From NCBI GenBank assembly GCA_964035545.1, contig OZ037768.1, positions 10,014,741 to 10,078,740 of the forward strand: a DNA stretch of 64,000 nt. The letters run 5' to 3'. Below, in pieces: positions 38,501 to 49,680 of the stretch. The stretch is from Bugula neritina (taxonomy: Eukaryota > Animalia > Bryozoa). Each line of letters starts with the position of its first letter. The stretch's first letter is position 1. A model generated the notes under the pieces. That model made no database searches, was not told the origin of the DNA, and saw only the letters and a list, made by a program, of their open reading frames with translations. Made by a program: the position numbers and the translations under genes.

Positions 38501-41500
38501 AAGAATATTCCAGAACAGTAAATTTTGTAGAGATCAATTCCATAAAAGCACACCTAGAACAAACAATTTAATTTTGATAAAAATTCAACCAAATTAACTG
38601 AGAGTTTTTATTTGATGATGTCATAAAATCTTGACACTACCAGTTCATCTCAGGAATGCAGTAAATCAACAACACTTTTGATTTGATGAGGTTAATGAAA
38701 AGAATTCTAAGGTCAGCAAACCCTGGTCAAAGTAAACATATTTACCACATTGTGTTGAATCATTGTTACCAGTTCATGAGATTATTTATTAGAGTGAAAG
38801 TTGTTGAATTAACAAAAAATAAAAAACGGAGTGCTATTGGCTCAAACACATGCAGACAGCATAGTTTTTCAGGGGTATCAAAACACAATGTAATCAACTT
38901 TTATATTTCCAGTGTGTTATTTCATTCCAGCAAGAAATTTCTTATGCATATCCAAAAGTAAGAGATAGTGGTAAGAGCTATACCACCATGGATTTTTGCC
39001 CAATAAATCATGGATGTGGTATTTTAGTTTCCATCCACCTTGGATTAGATGGCTCATCATGTTATGCCATAACAACAGCACTTATTATACATATTTTGGT
39101 TGTTACAGCAACTGAAGTTTGCTGTACTGCAACGTAATCCTTTCCATTAGTAATATGTTGGTCGAATTAATATGTATGAGTATTTAAATCGAAGTAGGCT
39201 ACAATGCAATACTGTTATAAGTGAGTGTGGGGAATACACTGAATATGAAAACTATTACTATAACTTTTGTTGAAATTTTATTGGCCAAATATTTGAGAAT
39301 TTAGCAAAACAGCTCATTCTACCGAGCTTATATTTATAATCAATACAATTAAAATGTTAGTTAGCAATATGACTTGTTCAAAAGTTACTTATGCTGTTAC
39401 TATAATTCTGGGAGTAATTGTCATTGCTTTAAAACCAGTTTCCTTTTGAAAAAAAGTGACTCAAAAGTACAAACTTAAAAACAGCCCCGACTTAGTATCT
39501 TGAGGCTTCCTGCACTTATTTTAATGATAAAAGTAACTACTTGTTTTAATATCAAAGTTAAGGTATTCCCCATGCATCATTTTTAATATAAGATGCTGAA
39601 ATAGTTGCATTCCATGGTTTGTTTGTTTGAAGTTTGAGCCATTCATAAAATGTGACCATCTAATATGAGAAATTAGCCACAAAAATTGACATAAGATTAA
39701 TTTATGGTAGAAATTACTTTGAAGATAGTCTATAGGTGGAGCATGAGCAATGTAAGCCTTCATGCATAAACTTCTCTGGTTTAGTTATTATATAAAGGCA
39801 ACTTGCAGCTGTGATATAATTGAGAAATACAAAACACACCAGTAAAATAACTGATGGAAATCTTGAGCTAAGTTTGAATGTAAACGGCACAATAAAAGTT
39901 AGAGCACATTCCAAGAAGTTATAAATTTACAAAAAAGATTTCTGAAACATGTGAAGCCCTGCAGACCTTTCAAATCTTAACAACATTTTAGACACTTGGC
40001 AGTAGTAGAATAAAATTCCTATAGATCCCATAGTGATTTACAAAAGAAGGGATAGTAACTATGAGCCAGTAAAACATTTCCATGGAAAAAGTGACAAGCA
40101 GGTGCTATAAGTGCTCAGTTTTCCTGCTGAAAATATACACTTACTTGGCAAATGTTCGTGAAAAATTAGGGATAGTACTCTGTTTTATAACACTATGGGA
40201 AGGACAATGAAGTGTCCGATATAATTCTACATTTTCAGCTTGACTGAGTTGTGGCAATAGATGCGACTAATTTTAGTATAAGTTTTCTTTGAAGACAATT
40301 GATAAGTATCTCAAATATTCTGACCCATATTTTAGCCGACTATACAATACAATACCTAACTAATACAGACTATATGATAGAGAGTTTAAGTGCTACACTA
40401 TACCTGGCTTAAGTATGCTACTCAGTCTATCAGTGATGGCATGCACCAAATTATCAGAAATACTCCTACGGTCTGATCCTTCAGGAATATCTCCTCTTTG
40501 AACCACGTCCCAATCTCCCAGACCTGACAACATAAGTACCCAACATAGTATATTACCAACATAAGTACCCAACATAGTATATTACCAACATAAGTACCCA
40601 ACATAGTATATTACCAACATAAGTACCCAACATAGTATATTACCAACATAAGTACCCAACATAGTGTGTTACCATTTTTATATCACGTCAATAACGACAA
40701 CCCTAAAACTCTAAATATTTGATAATTTAGCCACAAGAGAACAATAGCTGGCTCATTGCACACAATTTCTAAATAGTTGTTGTCTAGAATACAGTCTTAA
40801 TGGAATGTTGAAAGTTGGCGTTGGCTTTGAGTAGCCTTAAGTGTGGCAATCATAAATAAAAATATCCTTAATTGAAGTTTCCACTTTATTCCAGAATTTG
40901 TAATGATGGATGATTCAATGCCCCGTGATACATTATTAGGAAGTTGACGTTGAAATTTGAAAAGACTAGGTGGCTATATGATATCTCAGTATAATACTAT
41001 CTTTTATAGTCTGAGCATCAAGAAATCGCAAAAGATAGCAATGACTTGCATTTCACTCAGGCTAAGTTTACCACACAACGTTTCCTGATAAGAGTGATCA
41101 AAGTGTTACTACAGATGTTCTTTAAGCACTCAACGACAGTAAAGCCAAGTTCAATGAGTCTAATAATTACTGCTGGAGTTAGCGAAAGAGCCACACCAAT
41201 ACTAGAAACACACGGACAGGTTAAAAAAGTTTCATGAACAAGAATATTGATTAGGATATCAGATTCAATAGTACAGTATGATTGTATCTTTCTTGTATCA
41301 GGAATTATAGGCCTGTCAGAGCTCATATTACAAATGGCAATGTTACTTCCATAACGTATAACAAAACATTAATAATTGATTTTCTGTAAGAGGCTTTGGA
41401 ATTCAACAATCACATATAGGAAACTGGAAGATCTAAAGCAGTAATCAGATTAAAGGCTACAAGTCTTGCATAGATTTAAGTTCCATATCTTGGTTCGTGA

Positions 41501-44071
41501 GCTATTCCAGTCTATAACACCCAATGTGATTTTGTCAACACTGGTGGCATATGTTCCTACAGTAGAATGTGTTCCTAGACTAAAGTACCTTCATCGGGTG
41601 ATTTCTGCTGCACTATTAGTTTGAGGCAAGACTCGACGGAGTTACTATTGAGTATTGCAGCGTCTAGGTCCCAGTCGTTGTGTACAGACAACTGTACTAG
41701 ATGCTCCTCATCATCTATAGTTACGTAGGAGATCATAAACTTTCTACAATTATAATACATATATTCAGAAATAAAGGACTGGGATTAAGAGACTACACTG
41801 TAACGTTATCTCTCATTCTTGTAGTTTTATACAGATTATATAGACTGCAAAGGAAGTTCTATTCAATAGTCTTAGCTGTTGTGAGCAGCTAGATCATGCT
41901 TGACCTTATCATCACTGAACATTAACCTGGAATCAGGGATGTGTGTAGATACTATCTATATAGCACTGGCAAGGACACCAACACTAGCTAGTTTCTTCAC
42001 ATAACTTCTTCATTATTTTTAACTGGCCTAAGTATATAACCTACTGTATATCAATAGGCTACTTTAAGTAATATTATATAGAACATTGATGACGTATTTG
42101 CTACAAATATCCAACGGAAATACAAAAATAAGCAAGAAAATATTGATTTAGTTTGTGCGTAATTGTTATAGATCTACTTGCATTACATCAACATTATATC
42201 TACGTATTATGTGGCATGTCTAAACGTGTGGCGTGTTAACCTTATTTCAATTACATTTTGTTAATTGAATAATAAGCATAAAAACCCAATCTCATAGGAA
42301 ATTAGGCTGAAGGCCTTATAGTATAAGCTAAGGTACTCTACAGCTTGGTGAATTTGAGGTGAAAATAAGTTAGATGACTGGCAAAGCCAGCATATTTTTA
42401 CCCTTTCATATTGAAGGCTTTGGTCAATAAACTCTGTAGCATTTCAAATGATGTAATATCTGGATCCAAGGAGAATTTCTTTGAATCCTGAATTCCTCCA
42501 CCTTCATCCAGAAGCTGCCAATAACAAATATTGAGTAATTTTTTCATCAGTGTACATGCAAAGTATAGGCTGGTTTCAAGATAAGTGTTAGACACACCAA
42601 GTTTCGTTGTTTGAAAAGATATTAAGTTTTCTGTTTAAGTTAAAAACGAAGGACTGAAAATTTCAAGTCTATAGCTGCTTTTCAAACAGCAAACATATTA
42701 TTCATGCAATATAATAAGGAAAAGCTTATATAATTTTGAAAATGTTAAACAACAAACGAGTGAATTGTTTTCAGTATTCAATGAAAATTGATATGCCTAA
42801 AATAAAAATTCGTGTTTTATATATTTTTTTCCCTTCTTCCGTGCAAAATCTTTGTGTCGAATGGGGGTGAGAGTCTTAAACTCTTCGCCGCCTATTTGTA
42901 TTGCCACAAGGTCTCAAAATGCTCAGCCATAAAAAGCATTACTGTAGCCTTTTTTTAGAGAAAATAAGTTGTAGCAGATTTCCTAGAGAAGTTGAGTAGA
43001 TAATTTAAGATTTGATACTTGTTTGTTGACCTAAGAGGAGTTGAATGTTTTCAACTTGAAAAGATGGGGCAATATCATTGATATGAAGTAAGCTAAAGTG
43101 AAACATGAAACATGAAAACAGTAATAGGGCTGTAAAAACATTATTCTGCGCCCCATAGCATAAAAGTTGATCCAAGGGATAGAGATAAGGCAAAATTAAG
43201 CAACTAGAGCCCAGTGCTACTATAGAAGAGTTCTATAATTAACAAATGATATGCTCCAGCAATTCGGCATGAGTGATGAGAAGGACCCTGTCTAGCATGA
43301 AGTGCTGAATGTCAAAACCCTATGCACTTACTGGTTACCAAATACTGAATGTCACTATTGCCATATTCCTTTCACAGCTGACGCAAGTCATAATATATGA
43401 TCCTGTTGTGAGAATATTAGAAATGCAAGCCTTCTACCACGTTAAGGAACTTTTACTAGTGTGTATTGCGTACTCAACAACTACAACCCAGATCAAAGCT
43501 GAGCAACTGGACATTGAGCACTGTGGTCTTGTTTAAAAGAAGGTGTCCAAGTTGGATTTATTCGGAAAGCAAATGTATAATTACAGAAGCTTCAAGGAAA
43601 AAGTGTACTTGCTTGAAACAAATCTTCTACCAGCAAATATGTAACGTAACAGTCATATAATGGCAGGTAATGGGCTGAGAGTGACTGTTAACAATACAAT
43701 CAGGAATAAAAATAAGCTGCAGAAAAAGTCTAGTATATCCAGTAAGCACCCAATCAAGTAATGAGACAGTGATGTGATTTCTTATATGATATACAGTATG
43801 CACTCAAACGCAAGTTTATATATTAGTCACAGATTAACATAACATACATATGTTACAAGATAGCTGGTTCAATAAATTGTGAAATTATTATTGCTTTGCA
43901 CTCAATGTGTCAATACAATGACCTTAAAAATTAAAAGATTTAGTGACTGCAACCTTTTAAATCCCTTCCAGTTCTTGCCAGAAATTACTCGGTTTACATG
44001 AGTTATAATATAGTGTAGATACCTACCTGAGCTTTTACAGCAATTGCTTCAACTCTAGAGAATGTGTACAT
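35523..44071 (-). CDS. TBC1D25: TBC1 domain family member 25 (OATL1; RabGAP), about 681 aa
   Basis: Exons (-): 44071-44027, 42514-42402, 41743-41589, 40523-40404, 38470-38276, 36940-35523; 2046 nt with consistent phases. KKFSLDPDITSFEMLQ, DWDLDAA, LIR motif DWDVV, R-finger VRKDVIRTDR, Q-finger YCQGMSD, FTYRWLLLEMKREF, PDEFGYGNPFL. Confidence 0.95.
40529..40673. repeat. 29-bp minisatellite, 5 copies, next to a TBC1D25 splice acceptor
   Basis: Unit AACATAAGTACCCAACATAGTATATTACC: four perfect copies plus one with two substitutions. Confidence 0.97.
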
Positions 44072-44789
44072 GACTGTCTGTGAGGTTGTCAGATCTATAA
44101 AGAGCACAACATCTGATAAAGCAACTAGTTGAAGCAATTGTTTAAAACCTTCAGTTAATTATATAAATATGGGCAACTATAAAATTTAAACATAAGGTGA
44201 CAACAAATTAAATTTGTGTAACAAACATGCATATATGGTGTATATGGTTTATGTGTATGTGTGGTGCATGTGCAGCTTATAAGCAATTCATTTAACACTA
44301 CAAGGTGGGGAGAAATTAAAACCTACAGAATGTTATCCACATTATCAGCTGCTTCTAGAGGAAACTCCATACAATAGTTTTAGTCGTTTTTTCAAATTAT
44401 CGTGCCCTACTAGAAATGTGTAAATTTAAAGGGAATATGGGTTACTCTATATTTAACATGATAGTCAATACAATTTAAAAATACTTTAAAGTGTGTTAGA
44501 CAATTTGGAACTCATATTATAAAATAGATATAATAAATACATATTATGTTGCATACTTCAATGCAATGGCTCTTTATTTATATCACCAAGTTATAATTTG
44601 AGAGATTTTGAAGGATTTATATAAACAAGAAAAGTTTTACAAACATGTATGGGCAAGTGAACTGTATTAAAACTTTAAAACATTATGAGCAATATTGTGC
44701 TTTTACTTAATCACTTGGTTAATTAAATAACACTTAATTAAATTGAGTTTGAACAACAATGAATGATAAAGTGTTCACCTTTCATTGCT

Positions 44790-45600
44790 TTTAACTATTT
44801 ACCTTTAGTCTCATCACTCAGTCTCACCACAAAATATAACTCATTACTTACAGCATAATGATAAATACTCAAACTACTTACAATCATACTCATAGTATTA
44901 GTCAATAATTGTTATTATAATAATTATTATAAGTTTCACTAGTCCTTACAGTAATTTGGGACACCATACATTCATCATAAACATAAGGATAATGAGTAAA
45001 TGAAATCAATAAGATTATCATATTATAATGCGAGCAAAGCTAAATCAGCAACCTTAATTCAGCATACTTTATATATAACTAATATAAATATACAGCATCA
45101 GACTTCGTTATACTTATAGCTTAATAAACTTATTAATATTGAGCAATATCATTACTAATAGCCAATAAGCAATATGAATCTGAATAGTAATACTAATAAG
45201 TAATATTATTACTAAGTAATAGCCAATACTTACAGTTACAGTTACACTTTTACTACGTGTTGTAAGTTGTAACTGTAAGTTGAAACCCAATATGAATATC
45301 AATATGGATATTTAAACTGCTACTTTAACTTTAAGTTTAAATCAAAAGAACTAGATTGCAAATGATTCAATGATGATCATAATTCATTAATTGATTGCTG
45401 AACTGGCTAACAATAAAATGGGGTTGAAGCTTACGTTAAAGGGTTAAACTACGTTATTGTTAAGCTTAATAGTTAATAAAACTTACAGTTACAAGTACAA
45501 CTACTACTACTGAGTACTAGCACTACTGAACTAGTACTCCAAAAACAAAATTTGTACAAACGTACTTCAACTTGAAGATGAAGTAAGATTTGCAGCTACT
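44790..45600. repeat. Degenerate 3/6-bp-periodic tract in the TBC1D25 5'UTR intron
   Basis: agtctcatcactcagtctcacc..., aatagtaatactaataagtaatattattactaagtaatagccaatacttacagttacagttacactttt; boundaries approximate. Confidence 0.7.
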
Positions 45601-46259
45601 AGATTAATAAAAATAACAAAGTATTTCATAAAAGCTATAACTACAAACATAATTACTTAAAATTAATGCAGACGAAATATAAGCGTATGCTAATGCTATA
45701 AACCGCTATGTTGTAGTAGGATATGCAAATCGTGCAGCCGATCTTGAGCAAATGATAACGCATGCGATTGATTGATTACTACTTTTGAATGTGAAAAAAG
45801 AATGGTTATATAAATAGCTTCAAGTTGGGGGTTACTGAGTGCAGCAGTTTGCAGTTCGCGAGTTTTGACCCTCGACTCCAAACTCGAGAACTCTACATTA
45901 CTGCACTCATTACTTCCCAACTTGGAGCTGCGTATAGATCTATTTGTAAAAAGCTGCGTTAGACTGAGCACTAGTTCTATGAAACTCGTGCATATTAGTT
46001 TATTCGAAGCTGACAATCTCAATTGTGCTTCTACATGTCGCATAAATAGCTGCAGGTATGAGGTTATAATTCTAGCGTTTCGAATAAATTATTTTGCACA
46101 AAATTGATAGACAAAACGGCCTAAACATAGTGTGACTCAAGCAGTAATTTGTGTGTTTGGTCAATGATCAATAGAGATGCACCAATATTGAAGGGCAGGA
46201 ACACTTATTGGGCTATTGAGGTTTTAGACGATATTCCTAGTTAGTATACAGATTTGATG

Positions 46260-47460
46260 ACTTTTTTCATGATGATGATGATCATCATCATCATCATGCT
46301 CATGCTGATACTGATCGTGATAGTCATGATTTAATTTAAATTTATAATAATAATTTTTATATTTATTGTAACTGTAGTGTAAGGAATAGTCATTCTCCTT
46401 TGACTGATCAAATAATTTATGGATTTAATATATAAGAGTTCAACGTTGTGACTGTTAGTGTTACTGTTACTGTTAGTGTTACAGGAACATCTCACCTTTA
46501 CTTTCAGTTTTATTTTCAGAGTTGTACTTCAACTTGTACGGCGAACTATCAGTATCACATTCACTATGAGTCAGTATCAGTATGACTTGGACTATGAGTT
46601 TGTCTATAGAGTATAGACTATAGTCAAAATCATAGACTAAGTCTAACAGTAACTCTAAGACAAAAATAAGAGTAAGACTAATATTTGTACTAATACTAAT
46701 AGTAATATTAATAGTAATACACAAATAGCAATGCTAATACTCAGTATTCAGTAATCCTAATGCTAATACTAATAGTAATAGTAACACTTATACTAATACT
46801 AGTAATACTAATACTAATAGTAATACTAATAGTAATAGTAATATATTTTACTAAACTAGTAATAGTCACTATTAGTATAAGTATATGAGAAACAACCCTA
46901 ATCAAGATCTTAATAAGGAATTTTAAATCTTTTAGTTTATGTTTAAAACTAAGACTACTTTAACATTATTATTCATTTCTAAATGAATAATTTAAATTAC
47001 ATTAATTTGAATTACTATTAGTATTTGTATTACTATAAAGGCAAGTTGAAGTTTGATATAAACTGAAATAAAGAAATATCAATTTATAATGGTTAAATTT
47101 GATTACTCATTTTAACCTTTATCTTAATGATGAATATTATTATATTGATATAGTAACTGTAATATTAACAGTCCACTTATTAACAGTATTTACAGTCATA
47201 CTCATACCTGACACTCATAAATATAATTCTGATAAACTATAACTCGCAATATGAAATAATAAAGAATAAATATAAAATCGTATGATTTTATTATATTTAT
47301 AATTATAATACCAAGTCTTAGTCTGATGATGAATAAGTAATTATTATAAGTTACTGTTACAGTTTTACTAAATATTAAACTCATAATCATAATGATAATT
47401 AAATGGAACATAGTGTGTGTGTGTGTGCGTGTGTCTATGCGTGCGTGTAATCATAATGAT
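46260..47460. repeat. Degenerate 3/6-bp-periodic tract downstream of an unassigned plus-strand donor (46055|46056)
   Basis: agtatagactatagtcaaaatcatagactaagtctaacagtaactctaagac..., ctaatactaatagtaatagtaacacttatactaatactagtaatactaatactaatagtaat. Confidence 0.8.
47413..47448. repeat. Imperfect (TG)n microsatellite
   Basis: gtgtgtgtgtgtgtgcgtgtgtctatgcgtgcgtgt. Confidence 0.8.
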
Positions 47461-47918
47461 AGCGTTTCTTTACAAGACTACATGCAATTAATAGGTCAGT
47501 TCTGTACATGACAGATATTCATAAATGCTTGCATAATTATGTAATTGTTTTATAATGTTTTCATTTTATATGCTGTGAAAAAGTTTAAGGATGCCTCATT
47601 GTTTTCCATAATTGCAATGTTCCAAGCTAATTTTACGACGTAACAAAAGCATTTCCACAGGCATGGTGCCTATCAAAAGGATCCTTAAGATCTCCTTATC
47701 TCATTCATATAAGTTATTACTGTCTCTTTTTACTTCCTCCCAAAATTTGGGTGAAGCAATGAGCTACTATGCATATATTGGAATTAATCAATGCTCTCAC
47801 AATTTGTGTGTACTGTATGACATCGAAATATTTTATTTAAAATATAAAAAAACATTATATATGATTTGTTATACACCTTGTAGCAGCATTGCAACACACA
47901 GTGCTTTAAATTTTAGTA

Positions 47919-48375
47919 TCAATATTTTGTTGGCCAGCCTTTATTCTCAATCACAAGTCGGCAGCAACGAGGCATCAACTCGTACAGCTTTTCCAACTTG
48001 TCTTCAGTCATGACATGATGCCATGAGTGAATTACAGACTCTATGAGTGTCACCTTAGTTGTTGGCTTTTTTGAAGAGACTATTTTAGCCATTCTTGACC
48101 ATAAATTTTTTACTGGGTTCAAGTCAGGGCTTTGCGCTGGCCAGTTAAGCATTGAGACCCTCTGCTTTTTAATCCACTCTTTAACAGTCTTTGCCCGATG
48201 GCATGGTGCATTGTCATCTTGAAATATGTAAACTTCATTTAAAAAGTTTTATTTATGATTGGAAAAAGTTTAGCATTAACGATCTCTATATATTTTTGGG
48301 CATTCATCATTCCAGAGCAAATACTGAGTTGACCTACACCTTTTGATGTTATACAACCCCAGAACATAACACTGA
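47919..48375 (-). mobile_element. Defective Tc1-family (DD34E) transposase fragment
   Basis: SVMFWGCITSKGVG...MNAQKYI, then a frameshift near 48245, then YIFQDDNAPCH...WPAQSPDLNPVKNLW...MPRCCRLVIENKGWPTKY. There are 34 residues between the second D and the E position, and E is replaced by K. The N-terminal half and TIRs were not found. Confidence 0.93.
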
Positions 48376-48580
48376 TTATAATTATATTTATAGAACGAAG
48401 TCATACTTTATAATACCATGATACCATGCACAAAGTCAAAGTTCGCTGTTTAGCCTTTTGTAGTTATCAAAAGCAATAAACTTTGGGAACATAAAAATAC
48501 AGGAGTTGCGCTTCCCTAGCTGCTTGTGTAATTAGCCCGAAGATGGGTGGAAAACATCACAACAGTAGGAATTTATAGGG

Positions 48581-48593
48581 TGGGAATTGTAGT
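48581..48593 (-). promoter_or_regulatory. ACTACAATTCCCA (ZNF143/THAP11-type) promoter motif
   Basis: Exact TGGGAATTGTAGT on the plus strand, about 1.1 kb upstream of the PRKRIP1 ATG. Confidence 0.55.
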
Positions 48594-48790
48594 GCACATT
48601 CTAGGGGTCCTTTTGATACATAGAACTTGCAGAAAAATACTAAGAATTTACAAGAAATGCTTAGTAAACAAAATACATAGAAATTTCTGCAAGTGTCGTT
48701 AAACTTTTCCCCAGCACTGTAACTATAGGTGCCTATAATAACTAGTTTTATGCAATTGTACTTTGGTACCTTTGCTTGATTAATAAATGT

Positions 48791-48802
48791 TGGCACGTGC
48801 CA
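48791..48802. promoter_or_regulatory. Perfect 12-bp palindromic class B E-box TGGCACGTGCCA (HES/E(spl)-type site)
   Basis: Exact palindrome in the candidate PRKRIP1 promoter region. Confidence 0.4.
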
Positions 48803-49680
48803 CTGCATGAGAGTGCTTATTACTTATTCTAATTTATGGAAGTAAAAGGTTTGTTCCTTCGGACTGAATGCAGCTCTTGTCTAGTTTCAATTAAAATTTA
48901 ATAGATTCATCTCATGGTTTCTGAGAAATACTAAAAACTAAATAAAGCAATTTGGTACTTTGACTCATAAAAATATCAAAAACCTACAGCAAGTCGATCA
49001 AAGTTGTCAAGTAAATTAATTTATTCAAGCAATTCAAGCGAAATTAATGATTTATCAAGTCAGTGTTCGAGTTAAAAAATAGCAAGTTTTTAAATCCTCA
49101 AATCTTGATGTGCTCTCAATCTAAATGTGTAACTTAGCTAAATCAAATTTAATAAGTTAATACCAACATATTGTTTACTTTTTTTCGTAATCATAATAAC
49201 TGCATAATACTCATTATGACAGTAAAGTTGTATTTAGCAAAAATGACAGACCCATGATATTTATAAAACTAATTATGAGTCATACCTTTAAATTTAAACG
49301 AAGTTGGCACTTCATTTTCACTGTCATACTTGAATTGCAATTTTTAATACTGGCAGATTCGGAAATCAAATCATTGACATTTATATTGTTGCTGTTAAAC
49401 TTGACAAATTCGCAAGTACAGATTCTGAATCGAAATAAAGCCACAAGTATAAATATGAGTCATAGCATTTCTATTTTAAGGAATTTATCATTTTTGACTT
49501 CTTATTAGCTTAAGTATTCTTAATTGTATCCCTACAGTATAGCCTGCACTAGTAACCCAATTAATGAGTGGCAATAATTACAATACCAAGTATTGCTTTT
49601 TATCCTAAATTAGTAAATGGTATTAAATTTATGTTGCTTTTTGTAGAAGAGTTATTGTACCACACCCTACTGTGACTATC

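Noticed and set aside
40393-40673. CRISPR-like appearance and duplicated ORFs MLGTYVGNILCWVLM
   Set aside because: Head-to-tail 29-bp units with no spacers in a eukaryotic intron; this is a minisatellite.
45696-46043. 115-aa minus-strand ORF upstream of TBC1D25
   Set aside because: It lies over the GC-richer promoter segment where stops are rarer, has no domain similarity, and does not join the TBC1D25 frame.
46479-46724. ORFs with alternating residues in the periodic tracts (also 8397-8591, 31313-31504, 32238-32441, 45114-45302, 47202-47411)
   Set aside because: By-products of 3/6-bp periodicity in non-coding DNA, with no recognisable domains.
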